NCBI GenBank assembly: GCA_905331295.1
Contig: CAJNYD010000044.1
Coordinates: forward strand, 62,001-126,000
Direction of reading: 5' to 3'
Length of the DNA: 64,000 nucleotides
DNA from: Rotaria socialis
Lineage: Eukaryota
Below, in pieces: positions 27,238-41,595 of the stretch; within the stretch, counting starts at the first letter, position 1; each line of letters opens with the position of its first letter. The notes beneath the pieces are model-generated. The model saw only the letters and a list, made by a program, of their open reading frames with translations. It ran no database searches and was not told where the DNA came from. The position numbers and the translations under genes were made by a program.

Positions 27238-28674
27238 TTATCGTCTCATCGGCCGTTGAAATTCATTTTCATCGAAATTTGATCTCGAACGTTGTTTCAG
27301 ATTCGATCGATCTCGATAGGATGATGATAAACAATAGTCATTTGCAACAATTTGACGATGATCTATCGATGTTGTCATTCCATAATCTCGTATTCGATAG
27401 TCATTCCCTCTCATAGGTGGAATTGACTGTGCAAATTGATCATGAGTAACATATGACGGCGCATTAGAAGAAGATAATGGCGGATGTGATGACATTCGAA
27501 TAGCTAATGAAGTCCGATATGAATCAGAACGATGAATAGACGATTGTATTGGTACGATCGGATGATAAGCTCGTGATGAATTATTTCGGTTTGCTACAGA
27601 TACAAAACAATAAATAAAAAAGTCGGAATAGAAGAATGCTATTTTTTCAAATGGTATTATCATCATCATCATCATCATCATACAGTTATCGATAGAAAAT
27701 AAATTAAAACAAAAAACATCTATGACTACTGATTTTCCGGTCAAATAGACCGAAATAAGATAGAGAGCAAGAGAAAAAAAGAGATTAATTATAATGAAAG
27801 GACAACGGAATAAATGGTTAATGCATAATAAATATAAACAACAGCTGTGCGCACAGCAGGAATTAATAGCAGTAGAGTTCTGCTTTTTGATGTCACTTAC
27901 ATTCTGTATTAAATTGTTGAGAACGATTGCTATAATCATTTGATCGATATACATTTTTATATGAATCAACAGTACTGCTGCGTATAGGTAAAGGTCCTAC
28001 TGGAGGAGGTGTTGGAGATCGATATTCATTACGAGTATGTTGATCAGCTTCATTTCGAGATATATATTCATTTCTATACGAAGATGGCGATGAATGAGTA
28101 CTTTCTCGTCTAAATAGGAATTGAAATGGATGATTATTCATTTAAAATAACCACCTACCGATAAGTTGAAGAACATGACACTGGTGGTGGTGGTGAATAC
28201 CGATTCCTTTCAGAGTCAATGTAATTTGATGTTAAACCTCGACTTGGCATTGATTGCGAAGCTTTATAAAACAGATCATCTGGATGTTGACCATCGTACA
28301 GATTTTGTTGATTGACTAATAATAACGGAGAGTAAATTTCTGGATTGTTTGTTGGATGATCAAATCTTGATGATGATGATGATTTATGATTTTCATAGTA
28401 ACTCAATTGATCATTGTCTTTTCGATTTGAAGGTGCAGTAGAATACTCTCCGTAACGATGACGACGAGATTTTAACGTTGTACGCAATGACGATTCTTCA
28501 TTACTACGAAAACGATAATCATCATAACTATAAAAATCGAACAAAACAAAAATCGATATCAAAGACAGTTCTTTCGTTTTATTACCGACGATTTCTTCTT
28601 TTTAAACGATCATCATATTTTTGTCCATGATGAGTTCGATAGCCGCTGTGTGAAAACTCTTTATTAACACGCAT
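27238..28674 (-). CDS. Hypothetical 4-exon Ser/Arg/Asp/Tyr-rich low-complexity protein (about 340 aa)
   Basis: Exons about 28674-28586, 28527-28159, 28109-27901 and 27593-27238 join in frame across three GT-AG introns (phases 2, 2, 1). No recognisable domain. Confidence 0.7.
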
Positions 28675-29461
28675 CGAACCAGTAATAAATCGACTATGAT
28701 TATAACAAATGGTACTCGTATGTATATATATGCGTATATCGAGAACAGATGTGAAAGAGCCAAAATGCAATAGATAAACTATAGTCTTTTCTTTCTATAC
28801 CACCAGAGAGAGAGTGCGAGAGAGAAAGAAAAGACAAGAGCACATCAGAGAAGATTCTTAATCATTGCTATTTATGCATGTTAAGAGAAAAGAAAAGATA
28901 GTGATGATTTACTTTGTTGATAAAAACTAAAAGGTCAAATCGATGCAATTGGAACATGCATAATAAAGAAAGAAAGAAAGAAAGATGCAATAACAGATTT
29001 AGAAATGTATCCTATGTGACAAGATTAGAAATGTGGTTTGACATTGTGCATCATCGATAAATTAAAAATTACTCAGATTTCAAATAGTGCCTCAAGCTAA
29101 AATCAATCGTCTTGCTTGAAACTTCATCATGTTCATATTCATATGTATATATATATTTTTTTTTCTTAGTAAAAGAAAAGAAATACAAGATAGTATAGAT
29201 ATTTAGCGAAAAAAAAAGAAAGAAAGAAGAAAGTTGAAGAAGAGTAAACGAAACATTCTGTAAACAGGTATTCTCCATGTCGATATTTTTTTTTTGTTCA
29301 TGATAAAATTCATACGCGAATATGTTTGTTGTTTTTATTTACACAAAGGAAAGAACAAATTTGGTAATCTTAAGAGAACTGATGGAAAATGTAAAGTATA
29401 CGACACAAAACTATAAAAAAAACAAAAAAAAACAAACGAAGACAGGACGTTCACAGTGCAA

Positions 29462-32400
29462 TTAAGCATAGATTTTCGCAATTGAGTCTGCGCCAACGCT
29501 AGTCATATATGGTTTCGAGGAATGAAATGCAACGTCATGTATAGATTCATCGTCTTTCTTCTGATGAGCTGTTATTTCTTGTAGACAATTTCGATTATCT
29601 AAATTCCATAAACGTATCGAACGATCATGACTACCCGATAGAAGACATGTTTGTTGAGAATCAATAGCTAATGACGTTACACTTTCAAGATGAGCAACCA
29701 CTGAATGGATCAAACGACCTATGAAAAATAAATGTTTTTTTTCTCTAATTGAACTTTTATTATTTTGTTTTTTCGAACCCGAATTACTATCAAAATATCG
29801 AATTTTTCGATCGTCATGAGCTGTAATAACGATCGGTTGTGATGGATGACTAATCAATCGATTAATACGATAGTTTGGATCTCCGAATGATGCGTGATCA
29901 TTTGCAAATTGTCTGACAATCTGCCCAGTTTCTGTATCGTATATAAAAGTTTTTAATGTATCATATGTAACAACAAATTGATTTGTATCTCGCATTAACC
30001 AGTCAATCGATATTGGAATACCTTCATCTAAAACAGCAACAGAACGGAAAAAATGAATTATTAATCATAATAGTAAACAATAGAAAACTAATTACTATTA
30101 AATGTTGATAGTAATGGTTGATGAAGATTTGCATCCCATAATCTTACAGATCCGTCAGCGGAACATGATAATAATTTTTGTCCGGCTACAGCTAATTGCC
30201 AGACAGCATCGGTATGACCATTCAATACTTTATACAAGACACTTGAGTCTTTAAAAAAAGAATAATGCATTTTTACAAATATCGATTAATCAAATATTTA
30301 CCATATGCATCATATGGATCAACTTCAGAATTTGGAATATTCCATACCGCTATAATTGAATCAAGACCACCACTATAAAATTGTTCGCCGTATGGATGTA
30401 TAGCCGTACATAAAACCGGAGCACTAGTTAAGAAATAATTTTTATTTCTAATTACTAGGGTCACGTTGACAGTAGTGACCGACGAGAATATTTTAATTCG
30501 TTATAAACATCTTCTGTATATGTCATAAAAGCAATGCTCGGCTACTTCTACGATGTTTTATCAGACTTCAGCTAATATTATAATAATGAAAATTTCTATA
30601 AGAACTGTTTGTTTATAATATGTAAACAGTAAGATTGCAGTCTCTAATGCGTATCTGTCGACAGATATTCGGAGTATGTAAGAAATAGTGTTGATAGAAT
30701 AACATATAGATAGAGAAGTCAACTCAACAAGTCTCTATTGAAATTGATACTAAATCAGACATGATTATAATTAGTGAAAAACAAGAGTTTGCAACTGAAG
30801 AAATCGTAGCTTCTAAGATTTCTATCACTTAAAAATAATCATATCTATTGTATTACTCTCTCTCTCGCCGTTTGAAGCATATGATTATGTTTTTTAATTT
30901 CTTAGATTATAAATCTTCATAAAGAATTAAAATATCTCTCGTGTGATTTCCTAAGTAGTTTTGTTTAACTTACGTATGTTGTCGAAATGTATAAACAGGT
31001 TCAAGATCTTGTGTTGTTGTTGTTGTTGATCTAGAATGAAAAATTTTATTATTTTGTTTCCGCTCATTTTCTAAACAGCATTTTATAGTTACTTTTTTAG
31101 TAGAGCTGATTTTTCAAGATTCCATAGTTTAAGCGTGCGATCTTCGGATCCTGTAATTACAACTGATTCAAATGGATGAAATGTGGCACAACGTATTCCA
31201 TCCAAATGACTAAAAAAAAGAAAAACAATCAAGACAAATTTTCAAAATCATTCTTTTTACCTTCGTAAAACATATTTTATATTCCACATTCTTTTAAATT
31301 CGGACGATTCGTTTGTGTTTGTCTAAATTGAACAAAAATAAAAATCTCGTATTTATGAATTAAAGAAATAGAACTTATTTATACATCATCATGTAGTTCA
31401 TTATCATTTGAAACTGTCACACGTGCTAATTCATCGAGACCTTCAATAACATTTTCTTCGATAAAATTTTTACTATTTCGAAACATCATTGAATCAACTA
31501 GACAAAAACAAACGTATCTTGTATTTTAGGCGATTTCGTTTTTATTTTGCATTCATACTTTGCTCATCTTCAGAAAATGGACGTGGCTCAGCTGATATAT
31601 CGTCAGCGACATTATTTTTGAAAAGATTATTTCTGATTGATGCTGATGTTGAATTTGTTATAGTTGTGACTTGATGCGCTGGTTTTATATGACGATCACG
31701 TTTATATTCTTCTTTTAGACGATTGATACGCGATGGATCTACATTCCAATCATGACTACCTGGTTCTAATTTATAAGAAAAAACAAACAAACATCTAGAT
31801 TGATTAAAAACAAAAATTCATTTGTCAGCATTGTCCTATACCAGTTGATTTAAATTCATTGATACCTAGAGCAGCTGCAGCAGCGTCACCAGTAAGAAAA
31901 TCGAATTCATGTAAAGCAGCTTCTTCGCCATCAGGATCGTTTAGTGTGTCAAGTGTTGATGAATGATGATTAATATTCGTTGCGTTACCATTGTTAGATT
32001 TAGTTACGATACGATTAGTGTCAATATCACTATTGAAAAATAAAGAATATTGTCTTTTTTTTAATCGCTTCAATTATTCTTACTTGGATTCTTCGTCAGT
32101 TTGATCGTCTTTAAGAAAAACTAATGATGCAAGAGATTTATTGAAATCATTGGCAGCATTTTTCAGAATATTAGGAATAACTCTAAAGATAAAAATTGTA
32201 TTATATATAATTTTCTAAAAATGAAGCCAATCATAAGTAGACTATAGGATGAAATCTTCAATTGCTTTTGTTCGATTAACGAGTAAAATTTATTAGAGTA
32301 TATCAATAAGATGTTTATTAAATCTCAATTATAGAAGATGGTGGTTAAAAATTCTTTTGCAAGCTATTAATAGTTTCAGTATGTCAATAAGCAGCACCTG

Positions 32401-33459
32401 ACAGCTGAGACTATTTTCATATTAGGTACGTACTCAACATTTGAAGTATTTTATGAAGAAAGGAAAAATAATCCTCAAGAAAATAACTACCAGTACTATT
32501 TGCTTTCTATTCTCTAAATTCGTATTTTGTATTCTTATTTGACTAATTGTATGAAAAAAAAGTAGCGTTTTAATACCCTTTTGGTTCATTCATTAATTTA
32601 GCATCACCATTTATATTCGATGGTGAATTCGTAACATTATTCCCATTTAGATTTGTTTCACTTTTAATTCCCAGTAGTTTTTTGACAGCTGCGGAACGTA
32701 TATCAATGATTGTATCAACATAACCGATTTCTTTTAAATATCTAAATAGATTACGAAAACGAAAAATTCATTGAACATAATTCAACAAAAGACAATGAAA
32801 CAAATCATTTACTGTCGAAGTAATTGTCGACCTTGTTTAAAAGTAACACTACTACCACCAAAAGCTAAACTCGGATCTTCTTTATTTTCATCTAAAAACG
32901 ATAAAAGAAAATTGTGTGTTTACTAAAAGTAAAATACGAAATCTCTAACCTTCGTCAAATGCTGTATTACTAGTTTGTCCTTCGTTTGATGATGGTTTTT
33001 GATCTTCTGTTGGAGCAGTTTCACTGCCATATTTTAATTGATTATATTTTAATCTAAAATCAAGAAATTATTTTGATTTAAAAGTGACACAATACAACGA
33101 ACCTTTCTTGTTTTAATGCATATTCAAGCATTTTGATTCGTCGAACAAGTGCAGTTTTTAGATTTTCTTGTCCTTGTCGTTCGCCTTGAAGAAAAGCGAT
33201 TCGTGCCTATTGAATTTCAATAATGGAAAAAAGGATTCATTGGTTTTTAAAAGACATTTTCATTGTATTTTACTTGTAATTCTGCTCGTTCAGTTTCCCA
33301 TTGTTGTCTTTCAATTTCAAATCTAGTCCATTCATGTTGAAGAAAATGAAGTATGCCCGGTACTGTATACATTGGATGTTGCGTATCGACAGTACCCATT
33401 GTTGGGGCTGTTGTTTGACTATCGTTTTGAAAAGATATTTGTGTGTCACTGCCGTCCAT
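29462..33459 (-). CDS. STRN: Striatin family protein (STRIPAK scaffold; N-terminal coiled coil, C-terminal WD40), multi-exon
   Basis: YTVPGILHFLQHEWTRFEIERQQWETERAELQ followed by ARIAFLQGERQGQENLK is the striatin N-terminal signature. WD40 exons include GHTDAVW, AHLESVTSL, GSHDRSIRLW and SVGADSIAKIYA*. Confidence 0.95.
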
Positions 33460-34098
33460 TGATTACATATTAGTCTAAAAATCGAATTGAATTGGTTTCA
33501 TTGGTGTTTTTTACTGTAGAATATATTTTTTTAATTTGACACATACTTGATTTAGGAATCAGGATTAAAATGAAATGTAAAAATAATATAGACAAACAAT
33601 AAACAAATAAACAACAAGAAAAAAAGAGAAAAAGAATTTGCTTCGAGCGTTGGTATTGTTCGGACTGATAAACGATCAGACTAGTGAAAAGCAAGGTTTT
33701 TTAAATTTCTTATGATCAGAATCTATTGTCACTAGGATATAAACATTTATTTGTGGAATATATTTGTTCGAATAATTCATGCGACATCTATGACGAAAAC
33801 ATTGCCATCTGATTCGATACATAGCGACCTCTTGATCAATTCATATATCATCAGCACTCCTAGAATGCGTTGAAAAAAATTTTCAATATGTTTTTTTTAC
33901 TGACTTTCAGTACAAAGCAAAAATATTAGAAAATCCCAAAAAATAGTTGTCTCTGTTAGTTCTTTGCATCCATATACTAAAAAACGATCATTATTGACAC
34001 GAGAGTTTATGGCACTTGTACGATAAATGAAATAACAAATCCTGAGAATAAAAATTAATAATATTGCATCTGAAATCAATTGAAATTGAGCCTCCCAG

Positions 34099-34859
34099 CA
34101 TAGTCGGCGGAACGATTTCCCTCTAGGATAGGCTCAAGTTTCTAACTAAATGAGATACGGAAGCGGTAGGGTTTCCATGGCCATTCCAACTTTGGGAGAT
34201 GGTGGTGTAAAAAATTTCTTCTGCAAGATGCTGTGCTCAAGGATGTCACGAGCACCCAAAAATTTTAAGAGCGAGTAACCAGTGTTGTCAGATCCATCTG
34301 ATTTTGAAAGCTTTTCAGGATTCTCCGCATTTTTTCTGAATTTTTTCTCGTGTTTTTATTGGTTTTTCTGAATTTTTTTGGAGGTTTTTGCAATTTTTCG
34401 GATTTTTCTGATATGAAGTCCGGATTTTTGACTTTTACTTCTGGCAACACTGGGGGNTCTGGATTTTTGACTTTAACATCTGGCAACACTGGGGGTCAAC
34501 TGATAAAATCGTGCTTAAGGCAGTGTAAGTTTCATTTTGTGAAATACAATGCAAGATAATTTTTAGAATATTGGGGGTGTTACATCCCCGTCACCCCTCG
34601 AGTAACTGATCTCGAATCAACTCCTACTACTTTTTTTTCAATGTTGATTTCTTGGTACATTTAAATTTTGTACAGCCCAATGAATATCGTATTGAATTTC
34701 AGTTCGTATTGGTGATAAAGAAAATGTGAACTAACTTTGCAACAATGCGTCATATGTTTCTGGCACTGTAAGTCATACGTGAAAACTAAATAATAATGAA
34801 AGACTTATATATAATTGAGCGTGCCCAAGCCTCGTGACCCTAAGGCTCCGCCTCCTATG
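34099..34859. mobile_element. hAT-like MITE (outer element)
   Basis: TIRs CATAGTCGGCGGAAC and GCTCCGCCTCCTATG (12/15 match). Perfect 8-bp TSD CCTCCCAG at 34091-34098 and 34860-34867. Confidence 0.8.
34280..34491. mobile_element. Small nested MITE with CAGTGTTG(T/C)CAGA termini
   Basis: CAGTGTTGTCAGA at 34280. TCTGGCAACACTG at 34440-34452 and again at 34479-34491, either side of an N at 34457. No TSD found. Confidence 0.55.
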
Positions 34860-36330
34860 CCTCCCAGATCTCAATAGCTCCCCTGACACTGTGCTTTTAT
34901 GAATTATTTTGTTCTCTAGAAACAAACTATTTCAGTAATCAAACCACATGTATTCCTTTTCCCATGAGCAACAATTATTTTGGGTGTTTTAATCGGTATT
35001 CTCATTTCACATGAAATGAATCATTTACGATGCACTATCAAGTAGAATTTGACCGTAAAGTTTGTTATGTAAAAGTGAACTTAAATGTTTGAATTTTTCT
35101 ACGTGTTATACTTTATTTTAGACAACGAATCAAATTTTTTAATTATCATAGGTGAAGATTAAATAATTAAAAAAGATGTATTATTAACATAAAAAAGTAG
35201 CTTATAGAAATTGGAAAATATCACTGATTAGCTTCAATATTATGCTAAGTTTTCTAGTTCATTAATTCCGAAAGGACATTTTAGACGCTTGGAAATAAGG
35301 CTCAAAGGAATTATATGCCATTCAAATTAATTTAAACTACGAGCGAATAATAAAACAGTAAGCATGTCTCTTCGCAACGATATATTATTGAATAGTTTTG
35401 CTGCATTTGATTTGTAAACATTGATTACTCTAATAAAAAATATCGTTTTGTTTTACACAAGTTTTTCAATGTCTATAGAAAATAGGTTTGCAACGACAGT
35501 TCGTGAATAATGATCTAGGAATTTTTAATTATTGTTTCACTTTGTATAAAGCAATCTTGTCTGTCATTTCATGTATCGCACATAATAGTAAGATAATGCA
35601 TACAAAGAAAACATCATTGATTTCCTACGGTTCAACTCGATTTATTGATTAGAACCACTAAAAAGAAATTGCAATTTAAATTCAATATTGTTAAATTCCT
35701 ACAAGCTATTTACAAAAGCTGAAAAGCTAAAGTTCACAGGTAAGAAAGTAGAACTCTTAATACAAGCCAAACATCGATCACGCCTCGTTCTAATATACAA
35801 ACTACTTTCTAATTACATTTGTCAGTGTATTAGATTAAGCTACTCACAGACAACTTTGCTTGTAGGCAGCATGTTCACACTTAAAATCTGAATATTGTAG
35901 TTAAAATACTTTGAGGAGAAACATCAATGGGAACTGCGATGACATTTCTATTTTGGTTTTTGTAGATATGTATTACTGAAAGTATGACATAAGAGTTTGA
36001 ACGCCTTGATATTTGTGTTTTTTTACGCTGCTTATTTTCTTTCTGAACTTCTCCAAGCAGTAATTTTAATCTACTGGTTTCATAATCTGGAAAAAATTGT
36101 CATGGATTATAGGACAGCCAGCAAATATTTTATTTAAAATAAACGCATACAATTAACAACATTCAACTAAATCCAATCTATAGGATAATGCTTTTATATG
36201 ATCACAAAAACTTTTTGACAACAAATAATAATAGAAATTGTCTTTAGATATTTATTTTTTCATGTCTTGTACAGGTCAAAAGAGCATCGGTATATGTTTA
36301 ATGTTGGATTGATTTTCCAATATAAACAGA

Positions 36331-37278
36331 TTAAGGTTTGATGCAAAAAAAGACTTGCCGTAATTCTTTTCTAAATGCACCTGACGTTAGAAAAACAAAG
36401 AATGAAGCTGCACTGTAAAAATTTAGAAGAAACGAAGATGTCATAAATAATACGAAATTTTCAATTGCTGCTCGTTCAGTTGATTTTGGTCCGCCAATGA
36501 TTAGAACAGCTGCATTGTATAGCGTATTAATTGGATAAGATATAGTAAATATCATATACACAATCACTTGTACAAACAACATCGTACTTAATTGTCGATC
36601 ACATTGTTGAAGACGCATTTTTTCTGAATGTTGATTATCTTGTTGTTGTGCAGCATTACTAACGGGATGTACATTATGTGCCATACGTTGTAAATTTCTA
36701 TATGCCATGAAACTGAATATAGCCATGAGACTAGTTGGCAGTATGGCAGCAACAAAACAAATGTAGAGGGAATGATAGAGAGCTATCGGGCCTGCCCACA
36801 TTGAACATTTTCCATTTTGAATAGTTGTCGATAGTGGAATATGTAATGGTATAATGAGCCAAACAATGGGAATACAGACAATGATTCGTAGAACAACTTT
36901 TGGTTTAAACATTTCACGTATGCGAGCATTTCTCGACGATTGAGCATAACATGCAACACAAGCCAGTGTTAAATAACATCTTGAAATAACTAATAAAGCA
37001 TTTCGAATGTACAAACGAAGTTTACAATAGATAAGATTTGAATTTTCTGCTGGCGCATTGTATGCTGAATGTATAGTTGGGATGATAAAGTAAATCATGA
37101 CTATCAGATTAGCAATCAATGCAGCAGCAAAGAATACTGAACATGGGCTTGAACGTAGTCTCTTTCGAAGAAATACAAGACAATTTAATATATTTCCAAA
37201 AACACCAACAACCATAAGTGCCCCCAATACATTGGTAAGCTGTAGTTGAATAAAATTAAGTGTAGCGATGGTCGACAT
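36331..37278 (-). CDS. Intronless rhodopsin-like (class A) GPCR, 315 aa
   Basis: Seven hydrophobic segments; TM1 GVFGNILN, TM3 YCKLRLY, TM4 W..P, TM7/helix 8 FFVFLTSGAFRKEL. Confidence 0.9.
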   Translation of the reverse strand: MSTIATLNFIQLQLTNVLGALMVVGVFGNILNCLVFLRKRLRSSPCSVFFAAALIANLIVMIYFIIPTIHSAYNAPAENSNLIYCKLRLYIRNALLVISRCYLTLACVACYAQSSRNARIREMFKPKVVLRIIVCIPIVWLIIPLHIPLSTTIQNGKCSMWAGPIALYHSLYICFVAAILPTSLMAIFSFMAYRNLQRMAHNVHPVSNAAQQQDNQHSEKMRLQQCDRQLSTMLFVQVIVYMIFTISYPINTLYNAAVLIIGGPKSTERAAIENFVLFMTSSFLLNFYSAASFFVFLTSGAFRKELRQVFFCIKP

Positions 37279-39319
37279 TCTTGCTTGTATTTTTAATGAA
37301 TAGAATAGGACCAGAATATTTTAAATACTAAACGAAATAAATACTTGTATCAGTATTTGCTTCGTATTTCTGAACATTTTCAAAGTTTCAAACTAAGTAT
37401 ACAAGTTTTATAGAAGCAAAAACTATGCATATCGCGATATCATACTAGAGATATAAGCAACTACGGATAAAACTGTGATAGAAAAATTAACATTTTTATG
37501 TCAAAAAAAGAAAGACGACTGTTTTATCTCAAATAAATACTGCAGAGTATATCTAGTATGACTGGAGAAAAATGTTTTCCGTAAAAATTTTAATACATGC
37601 ATTGCGACTATAGATGAAACTGAATCGAGTCATTATAGATAATAAACTTATCAAAGATATTTTCTTAACTTTTTTTTGTAAAAGGTTGACTCTGATATAT
37701 TCTTTTTTGGTACATTCGCTTGAAAAATCAATTGAAAGTATGCAATACAATACTTGCAAAATTTCCCATGATTCAATTTAACAGTCTATTGCTTTCACAA
37801 TGTTTTGGACGTGTCATTAAAGTTTTCAAATACTCACCACCAACCTTCCTGTTTCTCTATCGTGAGTCTCAATAGTCCACAAAGTTGTTAATGTTTCATG
37901 TGTGTATTATCTCTTTTAGTAATCTTATGTGTCTGAATCTACAGTGACAGACTTTAGTTGACTGCAATATTTTAGATGTTTAAATAACTTTTCATTTGAG
38001 AGAAAAAGATTAGTGCGTAGTAGACTAGTGAATTTATTGTTGGATTTCTTTAAAACAAAATAAATCTCTACCTCTGACGTAGATAACTAATGAAAATAAA
38101 GGGGAATCCTAATCTTTAGCAAGCAAACAAAAAGGAAAGTTTTGATGTTAAAAGAACATCGAGAAAACTTAATATTGCTGACAAGGAATCGTGACTTTTT
38201 TCATCAATAAATAGAGTAAGATGAAAATCAAGAAAAAAAATCATTTATAATTTGTTTATTTTCTATGCTAGATGACTTGACTATTGCCGGCAGAAACGAT
38301 GCTATAAAAGTAGAAGAATGTTATATTGTGCTTTTTAAGTGATTCAAGTTAATGGAAGATAGATAATTAATGCGATGCGAAGCAGAAGCATTTATGTAAT
38401 CCGTCGCGAGTTTCTTTTATTTTATTTTTTATTATTTTTTACTTACTTGACGTACGCATCAAAAGTCGACGTTTTGCGTCGCTATGATCTCGAGAACCGA
38501 AAATCGTAGAAAATTCGTTGAAACGTGAGATCGAAGTATCGAGATCGAACTTGAGGAATAGTTTTTCTAATTTTTCATCGGACGTTTTGTTTACTCACAA
38601 ATGCGGTTCCAAGATGACGAAAATGAAAGAAATTTATGAAGAGATAATCAAAGTGACGTCATCAGCATATGTTAGCCACTATAGTCTATTCATTTACAGC
38701 TGATCTAAGATAATGAATCATGGAGATAATTAATCGATCAAACGAAATCGATCCTTAAGAATGTATCGCTAAGTAAGAATGGAGTTTTCTGAGTGATGAA
38801 TTTCATCATGTCGACATAAATAGTATTCAAGATTTCTCTAAATTGCAGATTTTCCGTGAAGATCCGATTCGAGCTTCGCATCCCATTTCGTATTCGAGTA
38901 AAACTTGAATACCATCTAGTTTCGATATGCAAAGCGATTCTTGAAAACTCTTCTATCACAGGGTATTAAATACTTAGCTGGTGTTTTGTTTATAGGTTTG
39001 CATGATAAGGTCTTATTGCCATCTAGAGATCTGATCGCGACAAGGTCTATCCTTAAGAGAGTACTCAAAGCAAATAGTTAGGGTGCATTTATACGAAGAA
39101 AGAGCATTAAATGCTTTATACAAACTTATAAATTTGCTCAAGAAAAATAATTAAAAAAATATGTTCTGATCCTTTATTGTCTGAATGATGCTTGTAGTAA
39201 TCGTACTGTCAAATTAATGACATTTCATACGAGACACTCCATGTAATTACAATCTGATTAAATTTCAATCTCAATCTCCCTTTAAATTCTTCAAAACAAA
39301 AAGATTAACACTTTCTTTA

Positions 39320-39850
39320 TCTGCATTATTCAAAATACAACTTGATTAACATTTTTTATCGGAAAATGCAATAACGAATGATGATCTTACGAAAGTGATA
39401 AAACAACTACGATGAACGGGTATTGGTTTTGTTTTGAAAATATTCATTAATATAGCGAGAGATAGAAAATCTGAATAGATAGCAATGCAACTCACGCAAA
39501 GTTAAATTGACTTGTTGAACAGTAAAAAAATGCCTTGTGATGTCGGATTATTACATAAAACATGATAATAAGATTGAATGAAAATGAGCGATAACGCACT
39601 TTTTGACAGAACTCGTGACAGATAATGGATGCGATATCTTTTTAACTGCATGTTATACATAATCATATTAATAGTTTTTCTTAGTGTGCGCCGAACTGAT
39701 TTATTATTAAGAATCATTGGCAAGAGAACAATGATTTACTGAACTCTCTCATCAAGCTATTACTTTCACGTTGCATAAATCGTAGTTCAATATCAATTTT
39801 TGATGTTGCAATAGCATGATGGTGTACAACTATACTTTCCTTGGATAAAG
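39320..39850 (+). pseudogene. Possible decayed RI-like leucine-rich-repeat gene fragment
   Basis: Fragments such as NTT*, FLSENAITNDDLTKVIKQLR, VTDNGC and DGVQL resemble the LxLxxNxIxDxG repeat but are broken by stops and frameshifts. Boundaries are approximate. Confidence 0.35.
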
Positions 39851-41595
39851 AGTGCTGCATAATGTTTTAATTGGATAATCCAAGCCAAATCATAGTTTCA
39901 TTGATAAATTTCTTTTATTTGAGTACTAAAACTATGCTTTTATCTCATTAGAGATGCTCCGATCGTTATAAACCGGAAGGTTACGACATGAATGTGTTTT
40001 AATTTAAATGAAAAATAGATTTATTCTGCATTCTTAAGATTAATATTTCATATATATGTTCTATCGACTTTCAGATTTGAACTGTAACTCCAGTGATAAG
40101 GAGGTTTGGCGTCAGTATCATAGATTTTTCGTGATACTGCATTTAGAAAAAGAAAACGAAATAATTGGTAAAGCGTAAAGTATCGATCTTTTGGTGTTCC
40201 ATGCATTCTTTCAATAAATATTCATTCATGTTTTTTTTCTCTAAATTAACTAATGAATCTCCATCACTAATCAATGAAAGAAGGTGAAATTCTAAAAGTT
40301 GATTTTAACTTTAACAAACAAAAAACAGGTAGAATTTTATTTTTTCACTGAGATTTCATGCACTCTGTTTACCACTGAAAAACTCTGAGTAATACTGTCT
40401 AATGTGTTTGAATATCGGAAACTATTACATCATTTATTTTGTTGAAAGAGTATACATTATAGTTTTCTATCAAAAGTTATGAATTTAAAGTTCTATAAGA
40501 TAACATACATCAAAGAAAATTGAAATATTTTCAATTGATCGTTATCGGCTAATGTTTGATACTGAAACTGTCACTTTTTTTTAAGCGAAAGTTAAGATTT
40601 TTGAAGAAAAAAGTTTTTCGCTAGTGTTGCTTAGCATGTACTTTCAAATAGAAAAACAATTATATACTGAAGTTTAATAGATCGATGTTTGAGCACGATG
40701 TGTTGTATTATGATCACAGAAATTAATACAATACATTCATTTTATTTTGAACTGATGTTGGTTCTCACCGGAGTTCTCAAATCTATTTCTTGAGAGAATG
40801 ACAATTATACAGTGAAAGAGATACCAAATATTTCGGGCATTCTTATCTTGATATATTCTATTAAATTTTTATTTGCATGTGTTAAAACTGTGAGAGTATA
40901 TCAAAAGATAAAAACTTGGAGTACGTATCACGAACAACATTTATCACGCAACGAGACGTGCTAGTTTATATATATTTTTTAAATAGTAGGATGTACTAAA
41001 TTAAAAAAAAGTTGACATGAACCTAAATCTTTTTGAATCAATATTTTATTAGCTTATTTTAAGCATAAATTCTATCAATTTTTAGTGGCGCGAAGATAAT
41101 TTAATTAGTAAGCGAATACGCTGTGCGGGTGTAGGCGTGGGTCAAAATTAAGATGATGATTCACGCTCAACCTTCACCCACACCCACACTCATGCCCATT
41201 TTTACTTGTTTTATAGCTGTTACTCGCGATGATTCTCTTAAATAAGCCAGTCAAAACATGTGATGGAAAGGTGAAAAATCTTCGCCTGAATTTTACTTTT
41301 CGCGCATCACATGGTCGTTTTTTAGGAGAAAGAATGTTTTTATCGAGAACTTCTCTTCCGTCGTCATAGAATTCTTTGTTTTTAGTAAAAGAATGACTTT
41401 CTGTTCTTGCCAAGAAGTGAAGAGGAACCTTTCTGCCGTGTTTCTATGATTCAAAATACAAAACATAGCAGCACAATAATACTTTTTTCTTTTCAGATAC
41501 CGGACGTTATCCGGCAACCATTTGTTTGCTTTCTAACTACAAATAGAACTTTTTGAGTCAACTTATTTCTATTGAATAGCAAAAACGAGACAGCA

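Noticed and set aside
34420..34497. Doubled right terminus of a MITE
   Set aside because: The copies flank an N at 34457, so this is probably a scaffold join between alleles or copies.
38395..38975. CpG-rich stretch with weak inverted ends, possibly a repeat
   Set aside because: The termini are too degenerate to define from one copy.
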